This document shows positions 1 through 7,663 of a stretch of 64,000 nucleotides of DNA, in pieces. The stretch comes from Patescibacteria group bacterium. Lineage in GTDB: Bacteria; Patescibacteriota; Minisyncoccia; Phycocordibacterales; Phycocordibacteraceae. A program made the position numbers and the translations under genes. The first letter of the stretch is position 1. The number at the start of each line of letters is the position of its first letter. The stretch spans positions 152,934-216,933 of the forward strand of contig JBBTSZ010000002.1 in NCBI GenBank assembly GCA_038064495.1, given 5' to 3'. The notes beneath the pieces are model-generated. The model had not been told where the DNA came from and searched no databases. It saw nothing but the letters and a program-made list of their open reading frames with translations.

Positions 1-822
1 GTTTCTGAGGGGAAGATTTTCGCTGTTCTGGTCGGACAAAAGGAATACACGGCAAACTCGTATATCTTTGCGACCGGTGGTGTGTCTCATCCAGAAACGG
101 GTTCTACGGGAGATGGATTCCCGTGGCTCACGAAGCTCGGCCATAGCGTACAGAAACCAACACCCGGCATTGTGCCACTTTCGGTGCCTGATGCATGGGT
201 TCGCTCACTTTCAGGAATCTCCCTTGAAAAAGTGCGGATTACGTTTTTTACGAATGGAACGAAGTCCCTCACTAAGACGGGAAAAATACTCTGTACGCAC
301 TTCGGCCTTTCGGGTCCGCTCATTATGAATAGTGCAAGCGCGGTAGGGGACCTTCTTCACGCGGGTATTGTCACCGCCGAGATTGACCTCTTTCCTACGC
401 TTGATCAAGGTATTCTTGAACAACACATTCTCTCGCTTTTTGATGCAAACAAAAACAAAATGCTTAAGAATGTACTCAAGGAGCTACTCCCTCCCGGCAC
501 AAGTCAAAGCATCCTCACACTTCTTACTAGAGAACTCACTCCCGAGCGCACGACTAACAGCATTACGAAGGAGGAGCGCAAAGAGTTATCAAGACTTTTG
601 AAATCACTTCCACTTACGATCTCAGGGCTTATGGGCTTTGATCGCGCCGTTGTTGCTGACGGGGGAGTGACCCTTACTGAAGTGGATACCAAGACGATGC
701 GTTCCCGCATTGTGCCGAACCTGTTTATTATTGGTGATCTCCTTTCCATCTCACGTCCCTCAGGGGGCTACTCACTCCAGCTGTGTTGGACCACCGGATT
801 TGTGGCGGGAAGCTCAGCGTAG
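1..822 (+). CDS. HI0933-family FAD-dependent flavoprotein (5' truncated at window edge)
   Basis: Frame 1 is open from nt 1 (VSEGKIFAVLVGQKEY...ATGGVSHPETGSTGDGFPWL..LGHSV..PGIVPL), typical of HI0933-like NAD(FAD)-utilising dehydrogenases; stop at 820-822. Confidence 0.6.
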   Translation, partial: VSEGKIFAVLVGQKEYTANSYIFATGGVSHPETGSTGDGFPWLTKLGHSVQKPTPGIVPLSVPDAWVRSLSGISLEKVRITFFTNGTKSLTKTGKILCTHFGLSGPLIMNSASAVGDLLHAGIVTAEIDLFPTLDQGILEQHILSLFDANKNKMLKNVLKELLPPGTSQSILTLLTRELTPERTTNSITKEERKELSRLLKSLPLTISGLMGFDRAVVADGGVTLTEVDTKTMRSRIVPNLFIIGDLLSISRPSGGYSLQLCWTTGFVAGSSA

Positions 823-826
823 CGCT

Positions 827-1099
827 ATGGAGACTTCCTACGTTGTATACATTCTCACCTGCGCTGACGGGACTCTGTATACGGGAGTCACTACCGACAT
901 AGTACGCAGACTCAAAGAACATAATGAATCTGACAAAGGTGCCAAATATACTAAGACTCGTCGCCCGGTACTGCTCGGCTATACCGAAGTCTGTGCATCG
1001 CGGAGCGCTGCTCAGAAACGCGAATATATCGTGCGGAATTTGTCGCGAGCTGAGAAGATATCTTTAATCTCATCGGAGCGGAACGTAAAGCCACTTTGA
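827..1099 (+). CDS. GIY-YIG nuclease superfamily protein (UPF0213/YhbQ-like)
   Basis: METSYVVYILTCADGTLYTGVTTDIVRRLKEHN...YTK..RPVLLGYTE matches the GIY-YIG signature; ATG lies 5 nt after the upstream stop. Confidence 0.65.
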   Translation: METSYVVYILTCADGTLYTGVTTDIVRRLKEHNESDKGAKYTKTRRPVLLGYTEVCASRSAAQKREYIVRNLSRAEKISLISSERNVKPL

Positions 1100-1130
1100 C
1101 ATTGCTACAGCCAGAGCATACCTTAGTACA

Positions 1131-1340
1131 ATGACCGAGGGCATTAAAAATAGAGTACATATTGAGCGCATGGAGCGTGGTCTTACCCAAGAAGAATTGG
1201 CCCTTCGTCTCGGGGTCAGTCGTCAGACGGTTATTTCAATTGAAAAAGGAAATTACGCTCCATCAGTCATACTTGCTCTCAAAATAGCTAAGGTATTTAA
1301 ACTACCTGTCGAACGTATCTTTCGTATTTATGAAACATAA
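1131..1340 (+). CDS. XRE-family helix-turn-helix transcriptional regulator
   Basis: 69 aa; LTQEELALRLGVSRQTVISIEKGNYAPSV is a Cro/C1-type HTH. Confidence 0.75.
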   Translation: MTEGIKNRVHIERMERGLTQEELALRLGVSRQTVISIEKGNYAPSVILALKIAKVFKLPVERIFRIYET

Positions 1341-1689
1341 TATTCAGATTCTACTTGCCGTTGTTCTCATAGTATTGCTTATACTTTTGACGAACCCTTT
1401 TATGTTCTATATGCCAAGCGCGACTGGAATGCTCGTTCTGCTTGCTGCAACAGTACTTGGTGTAGTATGGGCAACATTTGTTATTGCTGAACAAGCAGGT
1501 GATGAGCGAGAAGAACAGCACCGCACGTATTCAGGTCGTGTTGCGTATATTGCTGGAGTACTCATGCTCACATTCGCACTTCTTTCACAGGGGCTTGTTC
1601 ATCATATCGATCCATGGATAGGAGCAGCGCTAGCCGTAATGGTAGTCGCGAAGCTCGCCAGCCGACTCTACGCTGATCACTGGAAATAG
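1330..1689 (+). CDS. small multi-pass membrane protein (partner of the XRE regulator)
   Basis: 119 aa, 3-4 hydrophobic helices, overlaps the HTH gene by 11 nt (operon pair). Confidence 0.5.
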   Translation: MKHNIQILLAVVLIVLLILLTNPFMFYMPSATGMLVLLAATVLGVVWATFVIAEQAGDEREEQHRTYSGRVAYIAGVLMLTFALLSQGLVHHIDPWIGAALAVMVVAKLASRLYADHWK

Positions 1690-1695
1690 GTGTGT

Positions 1696-1730
1696 AAAGG
1701 TGGCTTTACATTGATGTAAAGCCACCTATA
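1696..1730. promoter_or_regulatory. perfect inverted repeat AGGTGGCTTTACAT-TG-ATGTAAAGCCACCT between the XRE/membrane pair and the dipZ-like gene
   Basis: 14-bp perfect arms seen directly; no T-run follows, so it looks more like an operator or RNA hairpin than an intrinsic terminator. Confidence 0.4.
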
Positions 1731-1740
1731 CTAGAGCAAT

Positions 1741-3513
1741 ATGACATTTACATTCTTGTTCCTCGGAATTGCCTTTATTGCTGGAATCCTCACGGTACTT
1801 GCTCCCTGTATTCTTCCACTGCTACCAGTTGTGATTGGAGGGTCGGTAACAGGAGACACCAGTTTCAAACGAGCTTTTACGGTTGTGGCGGCGCTTGGGT
1901 TTTCCGTTGTTGCGTTTACGCTTCTCCTAAAAGTAAGTACGGCCTTTATTACAGTTCCGCCACTCTTCTGGCAGTTGCTTTCAGGAGGACTTCTCATTCT
2001 CTTTGGTATTCTCACGACGTTTCCAAATCTGTGGGAGAGTCTCGGTATCACCGCTCTCTTGAACATTAAGGGAAACCGACTCATGGCAACTGGTGACAAG
2101 AAACAGGGCTTCGTTGGTGATTTGCTCGTCGGCATTGCACTTGGTCCCGTGTTTACTTCGTGTAGTCCTACGTACTTCATCGTGCTTGCAACAATTCTTC
2201 CTGCAAACCCGGTCATTGGTTTTATTTATCTTCTGGCCTACACGTTTGGGCTCTCACTCTCTCTACTTCTTATTGCTGTTGTGGGACAACGCATCGTAGA
2301 CCGACTTGATCTAGCAGCAAACCCGCATGGCTGGTTTAAGCGAGGACTTGGCATTCTTTTCATCGTGATTGGTCTTGCGGTAACGTTTGGCATAGACAAA
2401 ATACTTGCCACCTCACTTCCACAGCAAGCCTACGGAATAACGGGTATTGAACAGAATCTCCTTAAGCTAACAAATGGAAAGAATGGGGATGCAACCTCAA
2501 CGCCAACGTTCGTTCCGCTAGGCACGTCAGCTACACCGCTTACGCAAATAGAAAAATCAACTCGATACGAAAAAGCACCAGAATTAGCTTCACCGAATGC
2601 GTATCTCAATACGGGAGGTGCACCGATTACGATCGGAGAGAATCGAGGAAAGAACGTCGTGCTTATAGATTTTTGGACCTACAGTTGTATCAACTGTCAG
2701 CGAACACTTCCGTACCTCAAAGCTTGGAATGAGAAATACAAGGACCAAGGATTGGTTATTATCGGTGTTCATACTCCCGAGTTCTCATTTGAACAAGTAC
2801 AGCAAAACGTAGCTGACGCGCTCAAACGTTTTGGCATAACCTATCCCGTGGTACTCGATAACCAATACAAAACCTGGAATGCATTTGGTAATCAGTATTG
2901 GCCACGCAAATACCTTATTGATATTGATGGGTATATTGTGTACGACCATGCTGGTGAGGGTAACTACGAGGAAACCGAGAAAGCGATCCAGCGAGCACTC
3001 AAAGAGAGGGCAGAACGTCTCGGACAGGACGGAAGCGGTATTCAGGGCACCGCTTCGGTATCGGCTACCGCGCCTACTTCCGCTTCGAGTCCAGAAACGT
3101 ACTTCGGTGCTTCACGAAATGAGTTCTTAGGAAACGGTAAGCCGGCATCGCCAACCAAGCAATCGCTTACGCTCCCGAGTAGTTTTCCCAAGAACAAACT
3201 ATTTCTTGGAGGTGAATGGGATATTCAATTTGAGCACGCCATAGGATCGTCTGGAGCAGATGTGGTCTATACCTATACTGCAAAAGAGGTCTACCTCGTT
3301 GCCAGTAGTGATGCGGGGGCCGAGATAGAAGTCATGCAGGATGGGAAACCACTCGGAACTATTTCTGGAGCAGACGTGAACGCATCGGGCATCGTTCCAG
3401 TAAAGGAAAGTCGTTTATACAAACTCATTAAGAATGATGCTTCAGGAACGCACACACTCAAACTCCACATGAAGAGTGGTAGCGTACGCTTCTATACCTT
3501 CACGTTTGGTTAG
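1741..3513 (+). CDS. DipZ-like fusion protein: CcdA/DsbD-type transmembrane electron transporter + thioredoxin-like domain (CINC) + C-terminal extracytoplasmic domain
   Basis: N-terminal ~230 aa polytopic with paired Cys (CILPLLP.. / TSCSPTYF); redoxin domain FWTYSCINCQRTLPYL; architecture resembles mycobacterial DipZ. Confidence 0.75.
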   Translation: MTFTFLFLGIAFIAGILTVLAPCILPLLPVVIGGSVTGDTSFKRAFTVVAALGFSVVAFTLLLKVSTAFITVPPLFWQLLSGGLLILFGILTTFPNLWESLGITALLNIKGNRLMATGDKKQGFVGDLLVGIALGPVFTSCSPTYFIVLATILPANPVIGFIYLLAYTFGLSLSLLLIAVVGQRIVDRLDLAANPHGWFKRGLGILFIVIGLAVTFGIDKILATSLPQQAYGITGIEQNLLKLTNGKNGDATSTPTFVPLGTSATPLTQIEKSTRYEKAPELASPNAYLNTGGAPITIGENRGKNVVLIDFWTYSCINCQRTLPYLKAWNEKYKDQGLVIIGVHTPEFSFEQVQQNVADALKRFGITYPVVLDNQYKTWNAFGNQYWPRKYLIDIDGYIVYDHAGEGNYEETEKAIQRALKERAERLGQDGSGIQGTASVSATAPTSASSPETYFGASRNEFLGNGKPASPTKQSLTLPSSFPKNKLFLGGEWDIQFEHAIGSSGADVVYTYTAKEVYLVASSDAGAEIEVMQDGKPLGTISGADVNASGIVPVKESRLYKLIKNDASGTHTLKLHMKSGSVRFYTFTFG

Positions 3514-4841
3514 CTCACTTCTCCGAGGTAGGGAAGGGGGAATATCTTCTCACGCTCCTTTCCGGTAAAAAGTGCATCACTTCGTTTCTTGGACATGCTT
3601 CCCATACCGCGACCTCCTGCTGCCGCTTTACCCGCTTCTATCGCCTTCATAGAGGAGCCCAAGTAAACCGAGTGTCGGCCGTAGCGTTCGTTTAGGGTAT
3701 CAACATTTTCAAAGATGCGTGCCGTACCTTCTACCTTACCCGGGTCACTAAATAAATCGAGCTGCACCTCACGCGCCTCGTGGAGTCCGGTAAGGGTTAT
3801 TCCCGTTGCTCTGTACGTGGTGCCTTTACGAAAGACTTTGAGAAAAGAAGGTTTGAGTGCCTCAATAAGTTCGTGAGGGTTACTAGTGGGGTGGGCGAGT
3901 GTAAGCTGTGCTGCGCGGTAGCGGAAGCTTGAAGATTTTAGAAAAAACGAAAACCCCGTGGCGGAGAGTCCATAACGACGAGCCTTTACGCACGCGCCCT
4001 CCATGTTCTTGGAGAGTTGTGAATACAAAAAAGCAGGGTCGCCCGAAGCAGGTGAGAAGGAGCGAGTCTTTTGTATGGAGTGGTAATTGTCCTTAGTTTC
4101 AGTGACAAGTTCTAGTACGGAAACACCGGAAAGCTCCTGCCAGATTTCAAGAGCGGGTTTAGTTACGTGAGCACGCACCCACACCTCATTTTTCTGTACG
4201 AAATCAAAGGCTGTCTTAATACCGAGCTTATTCAAATGCTCGGTTGTGTTTGGACCAATACCCCAAATCTTTCCAATCAGGGTATTTTTGAGGAACGTAT
4301 CTTTCTCCACCAGACGAATTGGTGTGAAGCCATTTGGCTTTGCGTATTTAGAACCCACCTTAGCGAGTACCTTGGTTGGAGCGATTCCTACCGAAAAAGT
4401 TATATCCAGTTCGTTTTGTAGGTCGTTCTTAATCTTCAGAGCAATCTCCTCATAGCCCATATGGTGGAGACGTCTGAGTCCCGTGATGTCTCCAAAGCAT
4501 TCATCAATGCCGTATTCTTCTACTTGAGGAGTGTAGCGTCGCATGATTTCATACATGCGCAGTGAGTAGAGGGTATAGAGCTCGTAGTCAGACGAGAGAA
4601 TAATCGCGTCCGGACAAATCTTGTGCACGTCAGCCAGACGGATACCACGCGAGACGCCACGAGCTTTCGCCTCGTACGTTGCTGCCGACACTATCCCGCG
4701 CTCCGCTCCCGTGACAACTGGCTTTCCGCGGAGCGCCGGGTTACGAGCAACTTCGCACGCGGCGAAGAAACTGTCACCGTCGACGTGTACTATCGCTTTT
4801 GGATAATAATATGAGCGCCCCCAACCCACCTCAGCTACCAT
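3510..4841 (-). CDS. Y-family translesion DNA polymerase (DinB/UmuC type)
   Basis: VHVDGDSFFAACE...GIDECFGDITG...SVGIAPTKVLAKVGS are Y-family palm/finger motifs; lies immediately downstream of lexA on the same strand. Confidence 0.8.
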   Translation of the reverse strand: MVAEVGWGRSYYYPKAIVHVDGDSFFAACEVARNPALRGKPVVTGAERGIVSAATYEAKARGVSRGIRLADVHKICPDAIILSSDYELYTLYSLRMYEIMRRYTPQVEEYGIDECFGDITGLRRLHHMGYEEIALKIKNDLQNELDITFSVGIAPTKVLAKVGSKYAKPNGFTPIRLVEKDTFLKNTLIGKIWGIGPNTTEHLNKLGIKTAFDFVQKNEVWVRAHVTKPALEIWQELSGVSVLELVTETKDNYHSIQKTRSFSPASGDPAFLYSQLSKNMEGACVKARRYGLSATGFSFFLKSSSFRYRAAQLTLAHPTSNPHELIEALKPSFLKVFRKGTTYRATGITLTGLHEAREVQLDLFSDPGKVEGTARIFENVDTLNERYGRHSVYLGSSMKAIEAGKAAAGGRGMGSMSKKRSDALFTGKEREKIFPLPYLGEVS

Positions 4842-4992
4842 AGGCGCTTTGCTCGTTCGGCATATTTCTCGAAAGGACCGGAATGATTCTCTGCTGAGAA
4901 TCTTCCTCCTGCTCGGCTCGTCAGCCTGCGCAGAGCCCTTTCTCGTAACATCCCTTCACTCGCATGGAATGTGCCAATCATATGCGTTCCCA

Positions 4993-5559
4993 CTAGTATT
5001 TGCGGACAACGCCAGTAACCACCGCCTCAATCGTCAGATTTCCTTTTGGATACATAGGCTTGAAGGCAGCGTTCGCGGGTTCAAGGTAATAATGTTCACC
5101 TGATTTGCGGAGATACTTCATCGTGTATTCGCCTTCAACAGACGCGATAACAATTTGTCCGGGCTTATAGGTAGAGCGACGCTCAACGATAACGAGGTCT
5201 CCGGGACAGATGCCGGCATCAATCATGCTTTCCCCTTTTACTTTGAGAATGTAACTACTCTCTTTGTTTGGCGTGAGGTATTCGTCAAAGTCCATGACAT
5301 CAAGCAGCTCTTCTTCAGCAGCGGAAGGGAAGCCGGCCTCAACCAGACCAAGAAGGGGAACACCAGAAAGGGCACGCCCCGGCGCAAGTCGTCCGAGCTT
5401 ATCTTTAATGAGAATGCCGTCTTCAACGAGTTTGTTAATAAGTTTGTAGACCGAGTTTTTAGAAGCAAGACCAGTCGCTGACATGATTTCCTTATAGCCC
5501 GGCATTCGCTTATGGCGCTCGTAGAAGCCAATAATCTTTCGTTTGTAGGAGTCGTACAT
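4993..5559 (-). CDS. lexA: LexA repressor (winged-helix + S24 peptidase)
   Basis: N-terminal wHTH; C-terminal S24 domain with GESM (Ser) and K dyad, VIVERR...GQIVIA motif. Confidence 0.85.
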   Translation of the reverse strand: MYDSYKRKIIGFYERHKRMPGYKEIMSATGLASKNSVYKLINKLVEDGILIKDKLGRLAPGRALSGVPLLGLVEAGFPSAAEEELLDVMDFDEYLTPNKESSYILKVKGESMIDAGICPGDLVIVERRSTYKPGQIVIASVEGEYTMKYLRKSGEHYYLEPANAAFKPMYPKGNLTIEAVVTGVVRKY

Positions 5560-5565
5560 TCCTAC

Positions 5566-5595
5566 AGCATAGGTGAACTATGGTTCACCCGTCAA
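5566..5595 (-). promoter_or_regulatory. lexA promoter (-35 TTGACG, -10 TATGCT) with the SOS box in the spacer; near-leaderless
   Basis: On the minus strand: TTGACG-N18-TATGCT, then ATG 6 nt later; the spacer is the palindrome GGTGAACTATGGTTCACC. Confidence 0.5.
5572..5589. promoter_or_regulatory. LexA operator (GAAC-N4-GTTC Cheo-box type), perfect 18-bp palindrome GGTGAACTATGGTTCACC
   Basis: Seen directly, 13 nt upstream of the lexA start codon; matches the Gram-positive-type SOS box consensus GAAC-N4-GTTC. Confidence 0.65.
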
Positions 5596-5671
5596 GCCTT
5601 ACCGAAGAACAACCACGATCATCTTTTTGATGCTATACATAAAAGCGGAATCTTGGGACAAGGAGAATGCA

Positions 5672-6025
5672 ATGCACATTGTTGAAAGCGGAGAACCAGA
5701 CCTTACGGCTGTAGCTCAGGAAATTATGAAGCCTTTACTCGGTTGGCTGGAAAGCATCAACTGTACTCCAGCCAGGTTTAACGAAGTCATGCGCAGTGAA
5801 GAGTATTCTCATGACTCACGATTGACCTCACTCGGCATCACTCAGACGCAATTCGAAGAGGGTATAGAGACTATCCAGTCTCTCCATCTTTATGCCTTGA
5901 TACTCGGCATAAAGAAAGAAGAACTCTGGGCTGGTTTTGAAACCCACCAGTATTTTGCGCCTCGATGGCTCATCGAGAATGTCGAGAACGCTATGCGAGA
6001 TAATTTTGCTGGCAGTTGCGGCTGA
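5672..6025 (+). CDS. hypothetical protein, divergent from lexA and sharing the SOS-box region
   Basis: ATG at 5672 preceded by AGGAG (5661-5665); 117 aa with no recognisable motif; the longer ORF from 5573 would overlap the operator. Confidence 0.5.
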   Translation: MHIVESGEPDLTAVAQEIMKPLLGWLESINCTPARFNEVMRSEEYSHDSRLTSLGITQTQFEEGIETIQSLHLYALILGIKKEELWAGFETHQYFAPRWLIENVENAMRDNFAGSCG

Positions 6026-6047
6026 TATCCACGACAAGTCTTGGTTA

Positions 6048-6085
6048 AAAAGAATCGCCCCGGCACAAAGACGGGGCGATTTTCT
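6048..6085. terminator. bidirectional intrinsic terminator AATCGCCCCG...CGGGGCGATTTT between convergent genes
   Basis: GC hairpin with an A-tract before and a T-tract after. Confidence 0.6.
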
Positions 6086-6096
6086 TGGACGAACGG

Positions 6097-7587
6097 TTAC
6101 GTGTCCAAGAAGTGGTTGAAGATAGATGTTTCCTGCTGGAGCAAATGGGAAGGCCTGAATAGGTTATTCCACTCGTTCATGACCGATTCATCCTTGAAGA
6201 GATCCTTCAACAAAAGATTCCAGGGAATGATGTCATCCACCGACGCCTGAAGCGAATCAACAGGATACAACAAGCCAGAGCTGATAATATCCCGAAGGTT
6301 TGTGCTCGTAGGCACAGTTGGAACGAGCTCAAAGGACGTCAGGAACGCATCAGCCTTTTCAAGACTCTCTGCGCGTGCTTCCCGAAGTTCTTGCCGAGCA
6401 GGTCCCGGTTCAAACGCGCAGAAGCTTGCCAGCTGAACGATTCGATAGGCTTCGTTTGCAGGCAGAGCGCGCTCGGCGAGCTTTCCCGCAAGGAAGTTTT
6501 TCGCTTCGTCCGATGCATAGGTGCAACGGCTTGCTTGGATTTCTTCCAGCATATTGTCCGGATAGACCACCAACTTGGTGAGAACTTCGGTCATCACGTT
6601 GAGCATGCGCAGAGTGATATGGAACAGGTCAGGCCAGTCTACACGCTCCACACAGGATTGCTCAATCGCGCGAGCTTCCCATGTTTGAATCCCCGCAACA
6701 ATGGAAGCGACACGTCCACGCGCAAGGAGCACCATACCTCTCATCTGTTCCGTACGGATGGTGTTTTTCTTGTGTGGCATTGCAGAGGAACCTTTTTGGA
6801 GTTTTCCAAAGGGTTCATGCCATAACGGTTGTCCGCTTCTCGCTCCGAGCCGAATATCCAGTGCTATTTTGCCAAGAGTCTCGCACAGTACCTGAAGGCT
6901 CTGCGCGAGCGGAGCGTAGATGCTCCGCGGCATGATCTGTGTTGCGCCGACATACGCAGAGAGACCGAGGATGTTGAGTGCCTCTTTTTCAATTCTCGGG
7001 GTGAGACCACCGCCATAATTGCCGATCGCGCCTGAAAGTCGTGATTGCATACAATAGCCGACGCCGACTTTCAGTTGGTCACGAGCGAGCTGTAAGTCGG
7101 CAACGTAGGTGAGCAGGCGTCCACCAAAGGTGCGTAACTTTGCAGCTTGTCCGTGTGTGCGCTCAAGGAATATCGTGTATCGATAGTCTTTCGCCATCTT
7201 TTCAAGACTCTCGAGAAGTGCCGAAAGTTCATTATCGACATATTCGTGCGATTCACGTAGCGCAATGGCGAATGCCGCTTCTTCCGTGTCGTAGCTCGTC
7301 ATATCCTTATGAAACTCCGACTGGAGCTCGTTTGGAATGAAGCGTTGACGCTCTTCAAGGAAGGCGTTCAGGTCATGGTGGAGAACGCGATCGCGTTCGA
7401 GCCACCAGGCAACGTCTGGCGCATTGTTTGCGAGCGCCAGCTCAATCTGGTTGTAGACCGACGCGTCGGTAAGTTTCAGATTGACGCGTGCCTTGATAAC
7501 AGCAAGTTCAACCCGTTCCCAACGAAGGAGCTTTTCAGCATCGCTCCAGAGATAATCGATTTCCGGGTTTGAATACCGAGGAATCAT
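6097..7587 (-). CDS. purB: adenylosuccinate lyase, with a ~50 aa C-terminal extension
   Basis: Fumarate-lyase signature GSSAMPHKKNTIRTE; overall PurB-like. Confidence 0.85.
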   Translation of the reverse strand: MIPRYSNPEIDYLWSDAEKLLRWERVELAVIKARVNLKLTDASVYNQIELALANNAPDVAWWLERDRVLHHDLNAFLEERQRFIPNELQSEFHKDMTSYDTEEAAFAIALRESHEYVDNELSALLESLEKMAKDYRYTIFLERTHGQAAKLRTFGGRLLTYVADLQLARDQLKVGVGYCMQSRLSGAIGNYGGGLTPRIEKEALNILGLSAYVGATQIMPRSIYAPLAQSLQVLCETLGKIALDIRLGARSGQPLWHEPFGKLQKGSSAMPHKKNTIRTEQMRGMVLLARGRVASIVAGIQTWEARAIEQSCVERVDWPDLFHITLRMLNVMTEVLTKLVVYPDNMLEEIQASRCTYASDEAKNFLAGKLAERALPANEAYRIVQLASFCAFEPGPARQELREARAESLEKADAFLTSFELVPTVPTSTNLRDIISSGLLYPVDSLQASVDDIIPWNLLLKDLFKDESVMNEWNNLFRPSHLLQQETSIFNHFLDT

Positions 7588-7605
7588 GTTTCTTCTCCTG
7601 TAATG

Positions 7606-7630
7606 TGCAAAAACCGCCTTCTGGCGGTTC
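7606..7630 (-). terminator. intrinsic terminator downstream of the RND gene
   Basis: Minus strand reads GGAACCGCC-AGAA-GGCGGTTTTTGCAC. Confidence 0.55.
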
Positions 7631-7663
7631 CACGCTACTTATAGCACTATCCGCCCACAACTT

